A stretch of 63,470 nt of DNA, counting the filler, from Candidatus Omnitrophota bacterium (GTDB lineage Bacteria; Omnitrophota; Gorgyraeia; Zapsychrales; JBDRMG01): assembly GCA_043812495.1 (NCBI GenBank). It is 7 parts of 5 records of this genome, joined end to end, with 100 filler letters (N's around TTAATTAATTAA, not from the genome) between each part and the next. Parts side by side here need not be neighbours in the genome. Positions count along the whole stretch, not along the records: positions 48,215 to 49,729 come from JBDRMG010000008.1; positions 49,830 to 61,034 come from JBDRMG010000008.1; 5 more parts are not named here. The stretch is one strand, 5' to 3'. The stretch's first letter is position 1, and every line of letters starts with the position of its first letter. This document shows, one piece after another, positions 48,472 to 59,111 of the stretch. The notes under the pieces were generated by a model. That model was not told the DNA's origin. It made no database searches and saw only the letters and a list, made by a program, of their open reading frames with translations. The translations under genes were made by a program, and so were the position numbers.

Positions 48472-49032
48472 ATGAGCGTTTCACCTATGCAAAAAGATAA
48501 AGAAAGACTGCTTGAACTCTTAAAAAGAGATGCTTTTTTTAAGGAAAAAGTTGTTCTCTCTTCGGGCAAAGAAAGTGATTTTTATATCGATGCCAGGCGC
48601 ATCACGCTTCATCCCGAGGGCGTGTATCTGTGCGCTAAAATTATCCTAAATATGATTCAAGAAGACGCAGTTGATGCGATCGGCGGACCGACCCTTGGAG
48701 CCGATGCGATTGTGGGCGCTATTGCTGTCTTGAGCCATGAAGCCGGCAAACCTCTCAACGGATTTATTATTCGCAAAAAGCCCAAGGCCCATGGCAAGCA
48801 GCAGCAAATTGAAGGTCCTTTGCTTTTTCAGGGGGCCCGTGTTATTTTGATCGACGATGTAGCCACCAGCGGTCAGTCTCTTGTGGAGTCTCTAGAGATT
48901 TGTGCCAAAATGAATGTGAGCGTCGTGAAAGCCATTTGCCTTGTCGACCGCCAGGAAGGCGCTCAAGAGGCCTTAGCCGGAAAGAACTGCAGTCTCATTT
49001 CGATATTTAATTTATCCGATTTTTCATCCTAG
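48472..49032 (+). CDS. pyrE: Orotate phosphoribosyltransferase
   Basis: LSSGKES.FYID.R, IRK..KAHG, LIDDVATSG. Confidence 0.94.
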   Translation: MSVSPMQKDKERLLELLKRDAFFKEKVVLSSGKESDFYIDARRITLHPEGVYLCAKIILNMIQEDAVDAIGGPTLGADAIVGAIAVLSHEAGKPLNGFIIRKKPKAHGKQQQIEGPLLFQGARVILIDDVATSGQSLVESLEICAKMNVSVVKAICLVDRQEGAQEALAGKNCSLISIFNLSDFSS

Positions 49033-49035
49033 CTT

Positions 49036-49729
49036 ATGCCGAGGCAAAGGAAAAGACGCAAGAAAATTATACTGGCCTCAGCGTCCCCCCAGCGACACAA
49101 ATTGCTGAAACTCATCGGTATTCCATTTACCACCAGACCAAGCAAAGTCAAAGAATTATCCACGAAAACCTCCCATTGCGCTTCTTTAGTGAAGAAAAAT
49201 GCCCTTCTCAAAGCCCGCGATGTGGCCGATCGAGTTGATAGCGGTATCGTGATTGGAGCTGATTCGCTTGTGTATCTTGGAAAAAGAAGGATTATTGGAA
49301 AACCTAAGAATTTAAAGGAAGCGAAAAAAACTCTTTGGATGCTTTCGCGTCATCCTCAATGGATTTATACGGGTCTGGCGATTATTGATGTCGAGTCCAA
49401 GAAGACTATTGTGGATTATGAGAAAACAAAAGTTTTTATGCGAAAACTTTCAAGAGAAGAAATCGATCGCTATTATCGCTTGATCTCGCCTCTAGATAAA
49501 GCCGGAGGCTTTGATATCGAAGGTAAGGGCAGCCTTTTTATCAAAAAAGTTCATGGGTGCTATTTTAACGTTGTTGGTTTGCCCGTCGCCAAGCTTTGTG
49601 AAATGCTCAAGAAAGTCGGCGTTTCGATCCTGTCGCTTGCGTTCATTGTCCAAATTTGGGGATGCACAACGGAATACAATTTGGCCACGCAGCAACAGGA
49701 AACGTATTTGTACAACACAGACAAAGAGA
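49036..49729 (+). CDS. maf: Maf nucleotide pyrophosphatase with C-terminal extension, 3'-truncated
   Basis: ILASASPQR, IGADS, PLDKAG.F.I.G, NVVGLP; reads on into a hydrophobic ..IWGC segment. Confidence 0.9.
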
Positions 49730-49830
49730 NNNNNNNNNNNNNNNNNNNNNNNNNNNNNNNNNNNNNNNNNNNNTTAATTAATTAANNNNNNNNNNNNNNN
49801 NNNNNNNNNNNNNNNNNNNNNNNNNNNNNT

Positions 49831-50286
49831 CCTCTGATGCAGGCCAAAAGCGAAATCCAGGCGATCTTGCCTAGGGCGCTGACCACTGTTATCGAATTTA
49901 TCCTGAACCGCGATTTGTGCGATCTATTGAATGATGACAATATTGACATTAAGCGTTTAAGGAATTTGGTCAAAGAAATGAAAAAATGGCCGCTTGATAA
50001 GGACAAGGCCAACCTCTGTTATGTGGCCAGCCGGCGCGTGAATGATCTGATGATCAGGTTTCTGCAAAATCCGGATGATATTGTCCTGATGGAGACAGTG
50101 GATTTGGTTCTGAAGAATTTGAATCAGTTGTCTTTAGAAATGGATTTGTGGCTTGCGCAGAATATCTATTTTGCCGTTGGCAAAAAGTTCTACCATGACC
50201 GGCTCACTCAAGATAACGAATTTACAAGAAAATGGTTGGCCTCCTTCAACCGTTTGGGCGATATCCTTCATGTCAGAATCATTTAA
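49831..50286 (+). CDS. C-terminal fragment, probably a GH57/DUF3536 glycoside hydrolase
   Basis: DLW.AQN.YF and L..F..LG..L motif directly upstream of malQ. Confidence 0.6.
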   Translation, partial: PLMQAKSEIQAILPRALTTVIEFILNRDLCDLLNDDNIDIKRLRNLVKEMKKWPLDKDKANLCYVASRRVNDLMIRFLQNPDDIVLMETVDLVLKNLNQLSLEMDLWLAQNIYFAVGKKFYHDRLTQDNEFTRKWLASFNRLGDILHVRII

Positions 50287-50289
50287 TCC

Positions 50290-51796
50290 ATGATCAGGCG
50301 AAGCAGCGGCATTCTTCTTCATATCACATCCTTGCCCTCACGTTTTGGCATCGGAGATTTGGGGCCATCGGCGTACGCCTTTGTCGACCTTTTGGAAAAA
50401 GCCAAACAAACCTACTGGCAGGTTCTCCCCTTGAATCCGATCGCCGTTATCTACGGAAATTCTCCGTACAGCAGCTGTTCTGCCTTTGCGGGCAACCCTT
50501 TGCTGATTAGCCCCGAAGAATTGTCGCGGGACGGATTGTTGGTAGAGCAGCGCTTTCGTAAAGTTCCACAATTTGGCGATGATCGCGTGGACTACGCGGC
50601 CGTTTTGCAATGGAAAAAAGAAATTTTTGAGGCCGCCTTCGCCTGTTTTAAGGAGTCCAAAGATAAAACTGATTTTGATGAATTTTGCGCAAGCAACCAC
50701 TACTGGCTAAACGATTTTGCGCTTTTTGTCACTCTCAAGGAGCACTTTGAAGGTCGGCCGTGGACGCAGTGGCCTGACCCGGCCAAAAAGCGAGACTTGG
50801 ATTTCTTAAAAGAATTCCAGAATACCCAGAAGGAAAAAATTGAGAAAGAGAAATTTCTGCAATACGTATTTTTTAAGCAATGGAAAGCCCTGCGGGCGTA
50901 CGCCCAAAAGAAAAAAGTTGATTTTATCGGCGACATCCCGATTTATGTCAATGATGACAGCGCTGATGTCTGGGCCCACCAGGAACTTTTTAAGCTCAAT
51001 CAGGACCAAAAGCCTCTCTTTGTGGCCGGCGTTCCGCCGGATTATTTCAGCAAAACAGGACAGCGCTGGGGCAATCCCCGTTTATAACTGGGATGTGCTC
51101 AAAGAAACAAACTTTGCCTGGTGGATTGAACGGTTTAAGCATAATATGCAGCTTTTTGGCCTGATTCGCGTTGATCATTTCCGCGGGCTTGTAGCCTACT
51201 GGGAAATCCCCGCACAAGAAAAGACAGCCATAAACGGTCAATGGATTCAGGTCCCAAGCGAAGATTTCTTCAACCATATTCTTCAAGCGCTACCCGCACT
51301 CTCGATTATCGCCGAAGATCTCGGCATCATTACGCCGGATGTGACGGTCCTGATGAAAAAATTCGGTTTTCCGGGAATGAAGATTTTGCATTTCGCGTTC
51401 GGCGAAGACATCGAAACGCATCCGTACATTCCAGAAAATTATTCAGAAGATTGCGTTGTCTACACGGGGACGCACGACAACAACACAACCCAAGGATGGC
51501 TTGCAAACGATGCCACGGAAAAAGAAAAAGAAAATTTGGAGTTATATTTTAAGCATAAAGTAAAACTGAAAGATATTCACTGGGACTTGATGGAATGCGC
51601 GATGTTGTCGAAAGCCAATCTGGCCATCATTCCTGTGCAAGATATTCTAGGCCTCAGCAAGGACGAACGTATGAATACGCCGGCCACAACGCAAAACAAT
51701 TGGCAATGGAGACTCAAGAATCCTTATTTTAAAAGCCCGGCCTTTGACCGATTTCAAGAGCTAACGAAGAAATCAAAAAGAGTCCCCAAAAAATAG
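50290..51796 (+). pseudogene. malQ: 4-alpha-glucanotransferase (GH77), split by a +1 frameshift at 51076-51079
   Basis: RSSGILLHITSLP...GVPPDYFS.TGQRWGNP in one frame, then VYNW...RVDHFRG, IAEDLG, YTGTHDN in the next. Confidence 0.9.
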
Positions 51797-51849
51797 AGTT
51801 CACTCTCAAGATTCGATTAAAATAAAAGAAAGTATTCTTATTCACTTTA

Positions 51850-52027
51850 TCCCCGCGTCCGCTGTTGATTTTAGCGGCGGGGCCTCTCGCTCATTATTAT
51901 TCGCTCGAGGTAAATTCCGGCATTTGAGTTACGTCGTTTCACTCCGTAACTCAAGCCGTCATTTATCGGCCTCGCACTTATGTTCTCCGCCATAATTCGT
52001 GGCGGATCCATAAGTGCGGGCCTCATG
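51850..52027. repeat. Tandem array of four different hairpin elements
   Basis: ccccgc..gcgggg; cctctcg..gctcgagg; ttgagttacg..cgtaactcaa; gcacttatg..cataagtgc..ctcat. Confidence 0.65.
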
Positions 52028-52111
52028 GAAAAGATTAATTGGCAAGAACATGTGCATTTGTTAGAATAAGACTTTCCAAGAAAAAATTTGTCCAATAGAA
52101 AGGGTTTCTTC

Positions 52112-54181
52112 ATGTCTCAAGGAAATACTCCAAAGAATTTAGACGGTCTTTTTAAACCCAAAAGCCTGGCCGTGATCGGCGCATCGGCCAACCCGTCGAA
52201 GATTGGCCATAAAATCATCAAAAATATCATCGAGGCGGGTTATGACGGGAACATTTATCCCATTCATCCTAAAGAAGAGAATGTTCTGGGCCACACAGTG
52301 TACAAAATTGTTGAGGATATCCCGGGAGACGTTGATTTGGCGATCATTGCTATTCCGCAGCCTTTGGTGCAAGACGCCCTGGAAGGATGCGCTCGAAAAG
52401 GCGTCAAAGGCGTTGCCGTGATTACATCGGGTTTTGCCGAGGTCGGCAAGGTTGACGAGGAGCGTAAGCTTAAAGAGATTGCCGATCAAAACAACATGGC
52501 CCTTCTTGGACCCAACATGCTTGGCCTTGTCTATACGCCATCAAAATTAAACGCAAGCTTCGGACCAGGTGCTCTCTTACCTGGCAAAATTGCGTTTATC
52601 TCCCAGAGCGGCGCTTTGGCCATCGCTTTGATGGGCTGGACCGTGATGGAAAAAATCGGTTTGGCTTCCCTGGTCAGTTTCGGCAATAAGGCCGATATCG
52701 AAGAAAAAGAACTGATTGAATATTTTAATGAAGACGCAAATGTCGACGCCATCCTCATCTACATGGAAGGGATCCGTAACGGACAAGAATTTTTAAAAAC
52801 AAAAATCAAAAAACCCGTTATCATTTTAAAAGTCGGCTGTTCCGAAAGAGGCGCTAAGGCGGCGGCTTCCCATACGGGTTCTTTGTCTGGTTCGGATAAA
52901 ATCTATGAAGCGGCTTTTAAACAGCTCGGCGTATTAAGAGCGAGGACATTTACGCAGGCCTTTGACTGGTCCAGGGCTTTTTCTCTGCCTTTGCCTCAAG
53001 GGGAAGACACCGTGATCATCACCAACGGCGGCGGGATCGGCGTCACCACAACCGACCAATGCGAATTTGTCGGGATTAAACTTTTGGATGATCCCCAGTG
53101 GCTCGAGGAGAAATTTAAAGGAACGATGCCGGATTTCGGAAGCAGCAAAAATCCTATCGATATCACGGGCCAAGGCCGTATCGAGGAATATCAAAAAGCC
53201 ATTCGCGTGGCCTTGACGGAAGATAAAATTAAGGCCGCCATTATTCTTTATTGCGAAACAGCTGTGGCGGATGCGACGGAAATCGCGAAAGTCATTTGCG
53301 AAGAATATCAACAGGCCAAAAGAAATAAACCTATTGTGGTCGCGATGGTCGGGGGCGTCAAGGCGCGCGATGCTATTTATAATCTTAATCAGAATCAAAT
53401 TCCCGCCTTTAGTTCCGTTAATGATGCCACATCGGCTCTCAAATCCCTGTATGTCTGGAAAGATATTTCCGCCCGCCCTAAAGACCAGCCAAAAATAGAA
53501 ACTCCTCCTCCAAAAGCCGTTGAGATTATCGAGAACGTCAGGAAAGAGAAGCGTAATGTTCTTTTAGAGCATGAAGCCCGCCAGGTCCTTGAGCTCTGCG
53601 GCGTCCCTATGCCCAAATGGGCCTTTGCCAAAGATCTCAGCGAAGCCATGAAAAAAGCCGAAGGACTTTATCCACTCGCCATGAAAATCACATCACCCGA
53701 CATTATTCATAAAACAGATGTCGGCGGTGTTGTTATCAACATCAAGGACAAAGAAGATCTCAAAGCCAAATATCAGGCGATGATGGAGAAGCTCTCCAAA
53801 ACCGCACCAAAGGCCAACCTTCTCGGCGTCAATCTTGTCCAGATGGTCAAAGGCATTGAGTGTATCGTGGGCCTCAGTCAAGATCCGCAATTCGGGCCCG
53901 TTGTCATGTTTGGTCTCGGCGGTGTTTTTGTCGAAGTGCTCAAAGATGTTTCTTTTCGCATTGTGCCATTCGGAGAAATAGAAGCCGTGCGCTTGATTGA
54001 AGATATCAAGTCCAAGAAGATCTTGGAAGGATTCCGGGGCCTTGCGGCGGATAAGACGTCTTTGGTGCGAACCGTTTGCGCCGTCCAGAAGCTTGCTCAT
54101 CTCGTTAAAGAAATCGATATCAATCCTCTTTTGACCAATCAAGAAGGAAGCTTTGCCGTTGACGCGAGAATTATCCTCTAG
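52112..54181 (+). CDS. ADP-forming acetate--CoA ligase, fused alpha/beta
   Basis: AVIGAS, GPN.LG, SQSGAL, ASHTGSL, TNGGG.G, HKTDVGGV, DPQFGP.VMFGLGG, EIDINP. Confidence 0.92.
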   Translation: MSQGNTPKNLDGLFKPKSLAVIGASANPSKIGHKIIKNIIEAGYDGNIYPIHPKEENVLGHTVYKIVEDIPGDVDLAIIAIPQPLVQDALEGCARKGVKGVAVITSGFAEVGKVDEERKLKEIADQNNMALLGPNMLGLVYTPSKLNASFGPGALLPGKIAFISQSGALAIALMGWTVMEKIGLASLVSFGNKADIEEKELIEYFNEDANVDAILIYMEGIRNGQEFLKTKIKKPVIILKVGCSERGAKAAASHTGSLSGSDKIYEAAFKQLGVLRARTFTQAFDWSRAFSLPLPQGEDTVIITNGGGIGVTTTDQCEFVGIKLLDDPQWLEEKFKGTMPDFGSSKNPIDITGQGRIEEYQKAIRVALTEDKIKAAIILYCETAVADATEIAKVICEEYQQAKRNKPIVVAMVGGVKARDAIYNLNQNQIPAFSSVNDATSALKSLYVWKDISARPKDQPKIETPPPKAVEIIENVRKEKRNVLLEHEARQVLELCGVPMPKWAFAKDLSEAMKKAEGLYPLAMKITSPDIIHKTDVGGVVINIKDKEDLKAKYQAMMEKLSKTAPKANLLGVNLVQMVKGIECIVGLSQDPQFGPVVMFGLGGVFVEVLKDVSFRIVPFGEIEAVRLIEDIKSKKILEGFRGLAADKTSLVRTVCAVQKLAHLVKEIDINPLLTNQEGSFAVDARIIL

Positions 54182-54405
54182 TGCAGTAATCCGATCATCG
54201 CCTACGTTTTTCAAAAGACATTCAGCTTCAGGAAAAAACCATGAAATATGTTCTCATAAGATGACTATGCCGCTAGAAGACATCCTTTATAACTAACCGT
54301 TGTTGTCCTGGAATGTGTTGATTTATCTTTTCGCCAAGAACGAATTTCGAAGGACCAAACAAATACAATCATAATATTTCGACTGATATTAAGGTAAGAA
54401 AATGC

Positions 54406-54444
54406 TTGACAATAGGAATCATTTCCATATAATAGCGATTCCTA
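54406..54444 (+). promoter_or_regulatory. Promoter overlapped by an inverted repeat (candidate Fur/PerR operator)
   Basis: TTGACA-16 nt-TATAAT; taggaatc/gattccta IR; a Fur-family gene lies in the cluster. Confidence 0.55.
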
Positions 54445-54495
54445 ACTAGAAAAGTTGGCCTGCAAATCACTACAAGCAAAGAAAGGACGGGAAGA

Positions 54496-54657
54496 ATGAA
54501 AAAATACAAATGCAAAGTCTGCGGATATATTTATGATCCCGCCGCCGGTGATCCCGACAATGGTGTTCAGCCCGGCACGGCTTTTGAAAATATTTCGGAT
54601 GATTGGGTGTGTCCGGAATGCGGTGTCGGAAAAGATCAATTTGAACCAGTAGAATAA
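54496..54657 (+). CDS. Rubredoxin (not in ORF track)
   Basis: [18 protein letters not shown]...W.CPECGV.K..F. Confidence 0.96.
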   Translation: MKKYKCKVCGYIYDPAAGDPDNGVQPGTAFENISDDWVCPECGVGKDQFEPVE

Positions 54658-54687
54658 GGAAATCCTATAGCGATAAGGAGGTGTCCG

Positions 54688-55188
54688 ATGGGTACAAGAG
54701 AACGGGAGATTTTAAAAGCAGCTGGGGTTAAACCAAAGGAATTGATCCAGTTGTTAAACAAGGCCTTTGCGGATGAATGGTTAGCATATTACCAATACTG
54801 GATCGGCGCTCAAGTCGCCAAAGGCATACCGCGCGAAGCCGTTGTGGCCGAACTGAATCAACATGCGGCTGATGAATTACGCCATGCCGGGATGTTAGCC
54901 CTCAGAATCATTCAACTGGGAGGCGAACCTCTTCTTGAGCCAAAAGACTGGTATCAAGAGACCAACTGCGGTTATGACCGACCGGATAATCCTGACGTTC
55001 GCGCGCTTCTTGATCAGAATATCAAAGGAGAACAATGCGCTATCAGCACGTATAAGAAACTTATGGATTACACAAAAGACAAAGATCCCGTGACTTATGA
55101 TATCGCGCTACAAATCTTTCAAGACGAAATCGAGCACGAAGAGGATTTAGAAAATATCAAAGAAGACATCAAAATTATGTTCAAATAA
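54688..55188 (+). CDS. Dps-like ferritin-superfamily protein (DPSL-type)
   Basis: ADEWLAYYQYW, DE.RH, GEQCAI, DEIEHEEDL. Confidence 0.88.
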   Translation: MGTREREILKAAGVKPKELIQLLNKAFADEWLAYYQYWIGAQVAKGIPREAVVAELNQHAADELRHAGMLALRIIQLGGEPLLEPKDWYQETNCGYDRPDNPDVRALLDQNIKGEQCAISTYKKLMDYTKDKDPVTYDIALQIFQDEIEHEEDLENIKEDIKIMFK

Positions 55189-55201
55189 AGGATCAGCCTT
55201 T

Positions 55202-56380
55202 ATGAAGATTAAAGACGGCGTTTACTGGACCGGTTATATTGACTGGAACCTAAGGGTCTTTCACGGCTATGGGACACCCTTCGGCTCGACGTATAACGCA
55301 TATCTACTCATGGATGAAAAACCCACGCTGATCGATACGGTCAAGCACTATGGGTTCGATGAAATGCTCAGCCGCATCAAAGACATCATCGATCCGGCAA
55401 AAATCAAATACATTATTTCCAATCATACAGAAATGGATCATTCCGGGACCATTGATCAGCTTTTGGCTTATTGTCCGGAGGCGCAAGTGGTTTGCTCACC
55501 CAAAGGGGCCGAGGAACTCAAACGTCATTTCAAGAAGGATTGGAAATTTAAAGTCGTTAACACCGGCGATACGCTGGACATCGGACAACGGAAATTACAG
55601 TTTTTCCTTATGCCTATGGTCCACTGGCCGGACTCGATGGCGACGTATTCTGCGCATGATCAAATCCTTTTCTCCAATGATGCCTTTGGCCAGCATTATG
55701 CTTCGGATGTCCGTTATGCCGACGAAGTCGGCTGCGATATCGTTTTTCAAGAAGCGGCCAAATATTACGCCAATATTGTTTTACCCTACGGAGCGCAAAC
55801 GCTTAAGGCCCTGGAGGCCCTTTCTCTTTTAAAAATAGACATGATCTGCTCTTCACACGGTTTGATATGGCGCCGCAAAAAAGATATGGAGAAAATTATT
55901 AGTCTGTACAAAAAATGGGCCAGCCACCAAACCGACCGGCGCGTGACGATCATATACGACACCATGTGGCATTCAACGGAAATAATCGCCAATCACATTT
56001 ATCGATTGATTGATCAAGCCGGTATCTCTGTGAAGCTGATTAACCTTCAGATGACGGAAGCGGCCGATATCCTCACGGATATTTTATTCTCCAAGGTCGT
56101 GATTTTTGGGACGCCGATTCTCAATAATCGCATGCTGCCGACGATGGGCGGATTGTTGATGTATCTCAAAGGCTTAAAGCCCAAAAACCGCTATGCCCTC
56201 ACATTCGGTTCTTATGGTTGGTCCACTGTGGGTTTTAAAGAATTTGAGGAATCTCTTCGCGAGGCCGGATTTGAATTATTGGGTGAGGGAAAATACCTTC
56301 AATTTATTCCGGATCAAAAGGAATTGGATGAACTTTCGAGTGTTGTGCCGCTGATTCAGAATCAGTTGAAGATGAAATAG
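55202..56380 (+). CDS. fprA: Flavodiiron protein (O2/NO reductase)
   Basis: GSTYNAYL, NHTEMDHSG, HWPD, SNDAFGQH, flavodoxin domain. Confidence 0.93.
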   Translation: MKIKDGVYWTGYIDWNLRVFHGYGTPFGSTYNAYLLMDEKPTLIDTVKHYGFDEMLSRIKDIIDPAKIKYIISNHTEMDHSGTIDQLLAYCPEAQVVCSPKGAEELKRHFKKDWKFKVVNTGDTLDIGQRKLQFFLMPMVHWPDSMATYSAHDQILFSNDAFGQHYASDVRYADEVGCDIVFQEAAKYYANIVLPYGAQTLKALEALSLLKIDMICSSHGLIWRRKKDMEKIISLYKKWASHQTDRRVTIIYDTMWHSTEIIANHIYRLIDQAGISVKLINLQMTEAADILTDILFSKVVIFGTPILNNRMLPTMGGLLMYLKGLKPKNRYALTFGSYGWSTVGFKEFEESLREAGFELLGEGKYLQFIPDQKELDELSSVVPLIQNQLKMK

Positions 56381-56398
56381 TAATTTCTTATTTGCTGT

Positions 56399-56512
56399 AC
56401 CCAGCACTTATTTGCCATACGAGACAATCGCAAATAAGTGCTGGGTCAATTCGCGCATATGATTTACATTCTCCCGACGTAAAGTCGGAATCATGCAAAT
56501 CATGCGCTCATT
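56399..56512 (+). repeat. Bipartite double-hairpin element
   Basis: acccagcacttatttgc..gcaaataagtgctgggt-caattcgcgcat..atgcgctcatt. Confidence 0.85.
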
Positions 56513-56532
56513 GAAATAAAGAAGGGTGCACA

Positions 56533-57006
56533 ATGGAATTATCCGACCAAGTGATCAGCTTCCTGGAAAAACAAGGATATTTAATCGTATCCACGATGGA
56601 TCTCAAAGGGCGGATCCATTGTTCCGCCAAAGGCATTGTGGGCATCGAAAAAAGCGGAAAGGTCTTCGTCATTGATTTGTATTTGCGAAAAACCTTTGAA
56701 AATTTGAAGAATGACGATCGCGTCAGCGTCACAGCCGTCAATGAACATGATTTTGTCGGCTATACCCTTCAAGGCAGGGCGAAGATTGTTCCTCGGGATC
56801 AGATCAAAGACCACATTATGGAAGAATGGGAAAATCGCATTATTCAAAGAATGACCAAAAGGGTCTCGCGCAGTGTCCAGACGCAGGCCAAATCGAAGGG
56901 TCATTTTGAGGCGGCCTTACCCCCGCACCCCCAGTATCTGATTGAAATCGATGTCGAAAATATCATCGACTTAGTTCCTCCTGCCATGCGTCATCAAAAG
57001 AGTTGA
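56533..57006 (+). CDS. Pyridoxamine 5'-phosphate oxidase-family protein
   Basis: VST.D..G..H.S.K, KT..NL.....VS, GY.L.G.A. Confidence 0.8.
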   Translation: MELSDQVISFLEKQGYLIVSTMDLKGRIHCSAKGIVGIEKSGKVFVIDLYLRKTFENLKNDDRVSVTAVNEHDFVGYTLQGRAKIVPRDQIKDHIMEEWENRIIQRMTKRVSRSVQTQAKSKGHFEAALPPHPQYLIEIDVENIIDLVPPAMRHQKS

Positions 57007-57013
57007 TAAGATT

Positions 57014-57442
57014 ATGGAAAAATTAGTTCAAGTTTTTAAAAACCAGAAGATCAAGGTCACGCCTCAGCGTTTGAGCGTCTACAAAACGCTGATGGACGCC
57101 AAAGGCCATTTAAGCGCCGAAGAGATTTATCAAAACGTGCGGGGCAAAGTGCCGGGTATTTCCCTCGGGACGGTTTATTCCATCCTGGAGTATCTCTGCG
57201 CCAAAGGATTAATCCAGGAAATAAAAATTGATTTTGAACGGTCACTGTATGAAATCAAAGACGGCGAGCATCATCACTTTCTGTGCCGGTTATGCAAAAG
57301 CATTTTGGATATCCGCATCGATCATCCGTGTACGGCTCTTAAGAATAAAGAAATAGAAGGCCACAGGATCGAAGATTTTCAAGGCTATTTTTATGGAATC
57401 TGCAAGAATTGTAACGGCCAGAAGAGAAAGAGTACGGCATGA
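57014..57442 (+). CDS. Fur/PerR-family regulator
   Basis: KVTPQR, HLSAEEIY, SLGTVY, HHHFLC..C, C..C. Confidence 0.92.
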   Translation: MEKLVQVFKNQKIKVTPQRLSVYKTLMDAKGHLSAEEIYQNVRGKVPGISLGTVYSILEYLCAKGLIQEIKIDFERSLYEIKDGEHHHFLCRLCKSILDIRIDHPCTALKNKEIEGHRIEDFQGYFYGICKNCNGQKRKSTA

Positions 57443-58149
57443 GTGACCTGAGAGCCACCTTCATCGAACAGATTCCTCGCACGCAGACTGTGAGGAGTTT
57501 TCGTTTTTCCGTGAATGAGAAAATCAATTTTCGTCCCGGCCAATTTTTGCAGGTGATTTTTGATGAGGCGAACCCCCAGAACAAAGATTTGAATAAATAT
57601 TTATCTTTTTCTTGCGCGCCGGGCAAAGACTACGTGGAAGTAACCAAACGCATTTCAGAGAGCTCTTTTTCCAAGCGGCTTACCGATCTTAAGAAAGGGG
57701 ACTCGGTTTTATTCAAGGCCCCTTTAGGGAATTGTGTTTTTGAAAACCAATTTGAGAAAATCGGTTTTTTAATCGGCGGGATTGGAATTACCCCGGTGAT
57801 ATCCATCTTAGAATATATCTCGGACAAGCACCTCGCGACCGATGCCTGTCTTATTTATGCCAACAAAAATGAGAAGGATATTGCCTTTGAAAAAGAATTA
57901 GATGCCTGGAGCCGCGCCAACAATCATATCCATCTGATTTATACGATTGACCAATGCGATCCGGCAAGTCAGAAGTATTGTTCCGGCGCCATCAGCAAGG
58001 AATTCTTGATGGAGCACGGATGCGATTTCAGTGATCGCGTTGTTTTTATCTCGGGTCCGCCGGGCATGGTGAGAGCCATGAAAGATATTTGTCTGGATAT
58101 CGGATGCATCAAGGAAAGAATCAGGGCCGAAAGTTTTATCGGCTATTAA
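57439..58149 (+). CDS. FAD/NAD(P)-binding oxidoreductase (FNR family)
   Basis: F.PGQF, P.GN, IGGIGITP, SGPPGM, E.F.GY. Confidence 0.88.
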   Translation: MSDLRATFIEQIPRTQTVRSFRFSVNEKINFRPGQFLQVIFDEANPQNKDLNKYLSFSCAPGKDYVEVTKRISESSFSKRLTDLKKGDSVLFKAPLGNCVFENQFEKIGFLIGGIGITPVISILEYISDKHLATDACLIYANKNEKDIAFEKELDAWSRANNHIHLIYTIDQCDPASQKYCSGAISKEFLMEHGCDFSDRVVFISGPPGMVRAMKDICLDIGCIKERIRAESFIGY

Positions 58150-58155
58150 ATTTAG

Positions 58156-58265
58156 GGCTTCACAGAAGTCGTTCAGCCCATGATTACACAGATGGAAAAT
58201 TTGATTGCACAGATTAAATATCATCAAGAATATCTATGTAATCTTTCCAAAATCTGTGTAATCAA
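58156..58265 (+). repeat. ATTACACAGAT double-inverted-repeat element
   Basis: gattacacagat x2 facing atctgtgtaatc x2; homologous to 45279-45388. Confidence 0.85.
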
Positions 58266-58320
58266 GAATCTTGAAAGAATTTTATAAAGGACTATTAAAA
58301 TAAAAAAGAGGACTTGCTTT

Positions 58321-58824
58321 ATGCATGAAATGACCAAGCAGAATATGCAAAATGCTTTTAGTGGCGAATCCCAGGCGCATATGAAATATGCGGTCTTTGC
58401 CGATCAGGCCGAAAAAGAAAAGAAGCCGAATATCGCGCGCCTATTTCGGGCCATTTCCTATGCGGAGCGTGTCCACGCGACAGGGCATCTTAAAGTCTTA
58501 GGCGGCATTAAAGATACGCCTTCGAATCTTGAAACGGCGATCAAGGGTGAAACGTTCGAAGTCACGGAAATGTATCCTGTGTACAACGAGGATGCCAAGT
58601 TTCAGGGAGAAAAAGAGGCGGAAAAATCAACCCATTATGCGCTTGAAGCCGAGAAAATTCACGCCCAGATGTATCAAGAGGCCAAGACAACAGCCGAATC
58701 CGGCAAGGATATTGAATTAGAAGAAGTGTTTATTTGTCCTATTTGCGGTTACACGGTCGAAGGCGATGTCCCGGACTTTTGTCCCGTGTGTAGCGCAAAA
58801 AAAGAGGTTTTTAAGAAATTTTAA
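58321..58824 (+). CDS. Rubrerythrin
   Basis: AFSGESQA..KY, AE..HA, GE..E...MY, CPICGY....P..CPVC. Confidence 0.94.
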   Translation: MHEMTKQNMQNAFSGESQAHMKYAVFADQAEKEKKPNIARLFRAISYAERVHATGHLKVLGGIKDTPSNLETAIKGETFEVTEMYPVYNEDAKFQGEKEAEKSTHYALEAEKIHAQMYQEAKTTAESGKDIELEEVFICPICGYTVEGDVPDFCPVCSAKKEVFKKF

Positions 58825-58857
58825 AAATACAATAAAACATAACAAACGGAGGATCCG

Positions 58858-59079
58858 ATGGAAGAGCAGGTGAAAAAAGTACTTGAGGACATCAGGCCTT
58901 TTCTGCAGGCTGACGGCGGGGACGTAGAGTTGGTGAGCGCCAAGGATGGTATCGTGAAAGTCAGATTGAAAGGGGCCTGCGGATGTTGCCCGATGAGCAC
59001 CCAGACCTTAAAGCTGGGCATAGAACAAAAACTCAAAGAATCCATTCCCGAAGTGAAAGAAGTTCAGCAGGTATTTTAA
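58858..59079 (+). CDS. NifU C-terminal-domain protein
   Basis: [19 protein letters not shown]. Confidence 0.93.
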   Translation: MEEQVKKVLEDIRPFLQADGGDVELVSAKDGIVKVRLKGACGCCPMSTQTLKLGIEQKLKESIPEVKEVQQVF

Positions 59080-59111
59080 CCCAACCTCATTTTCAAGAAA
59101 GGATGCACGCT

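Noticed and set aside
54442..54639. Listed minus-strand 65-aa ORF
   Set aside because: Antisense to the rubredoxin gene.
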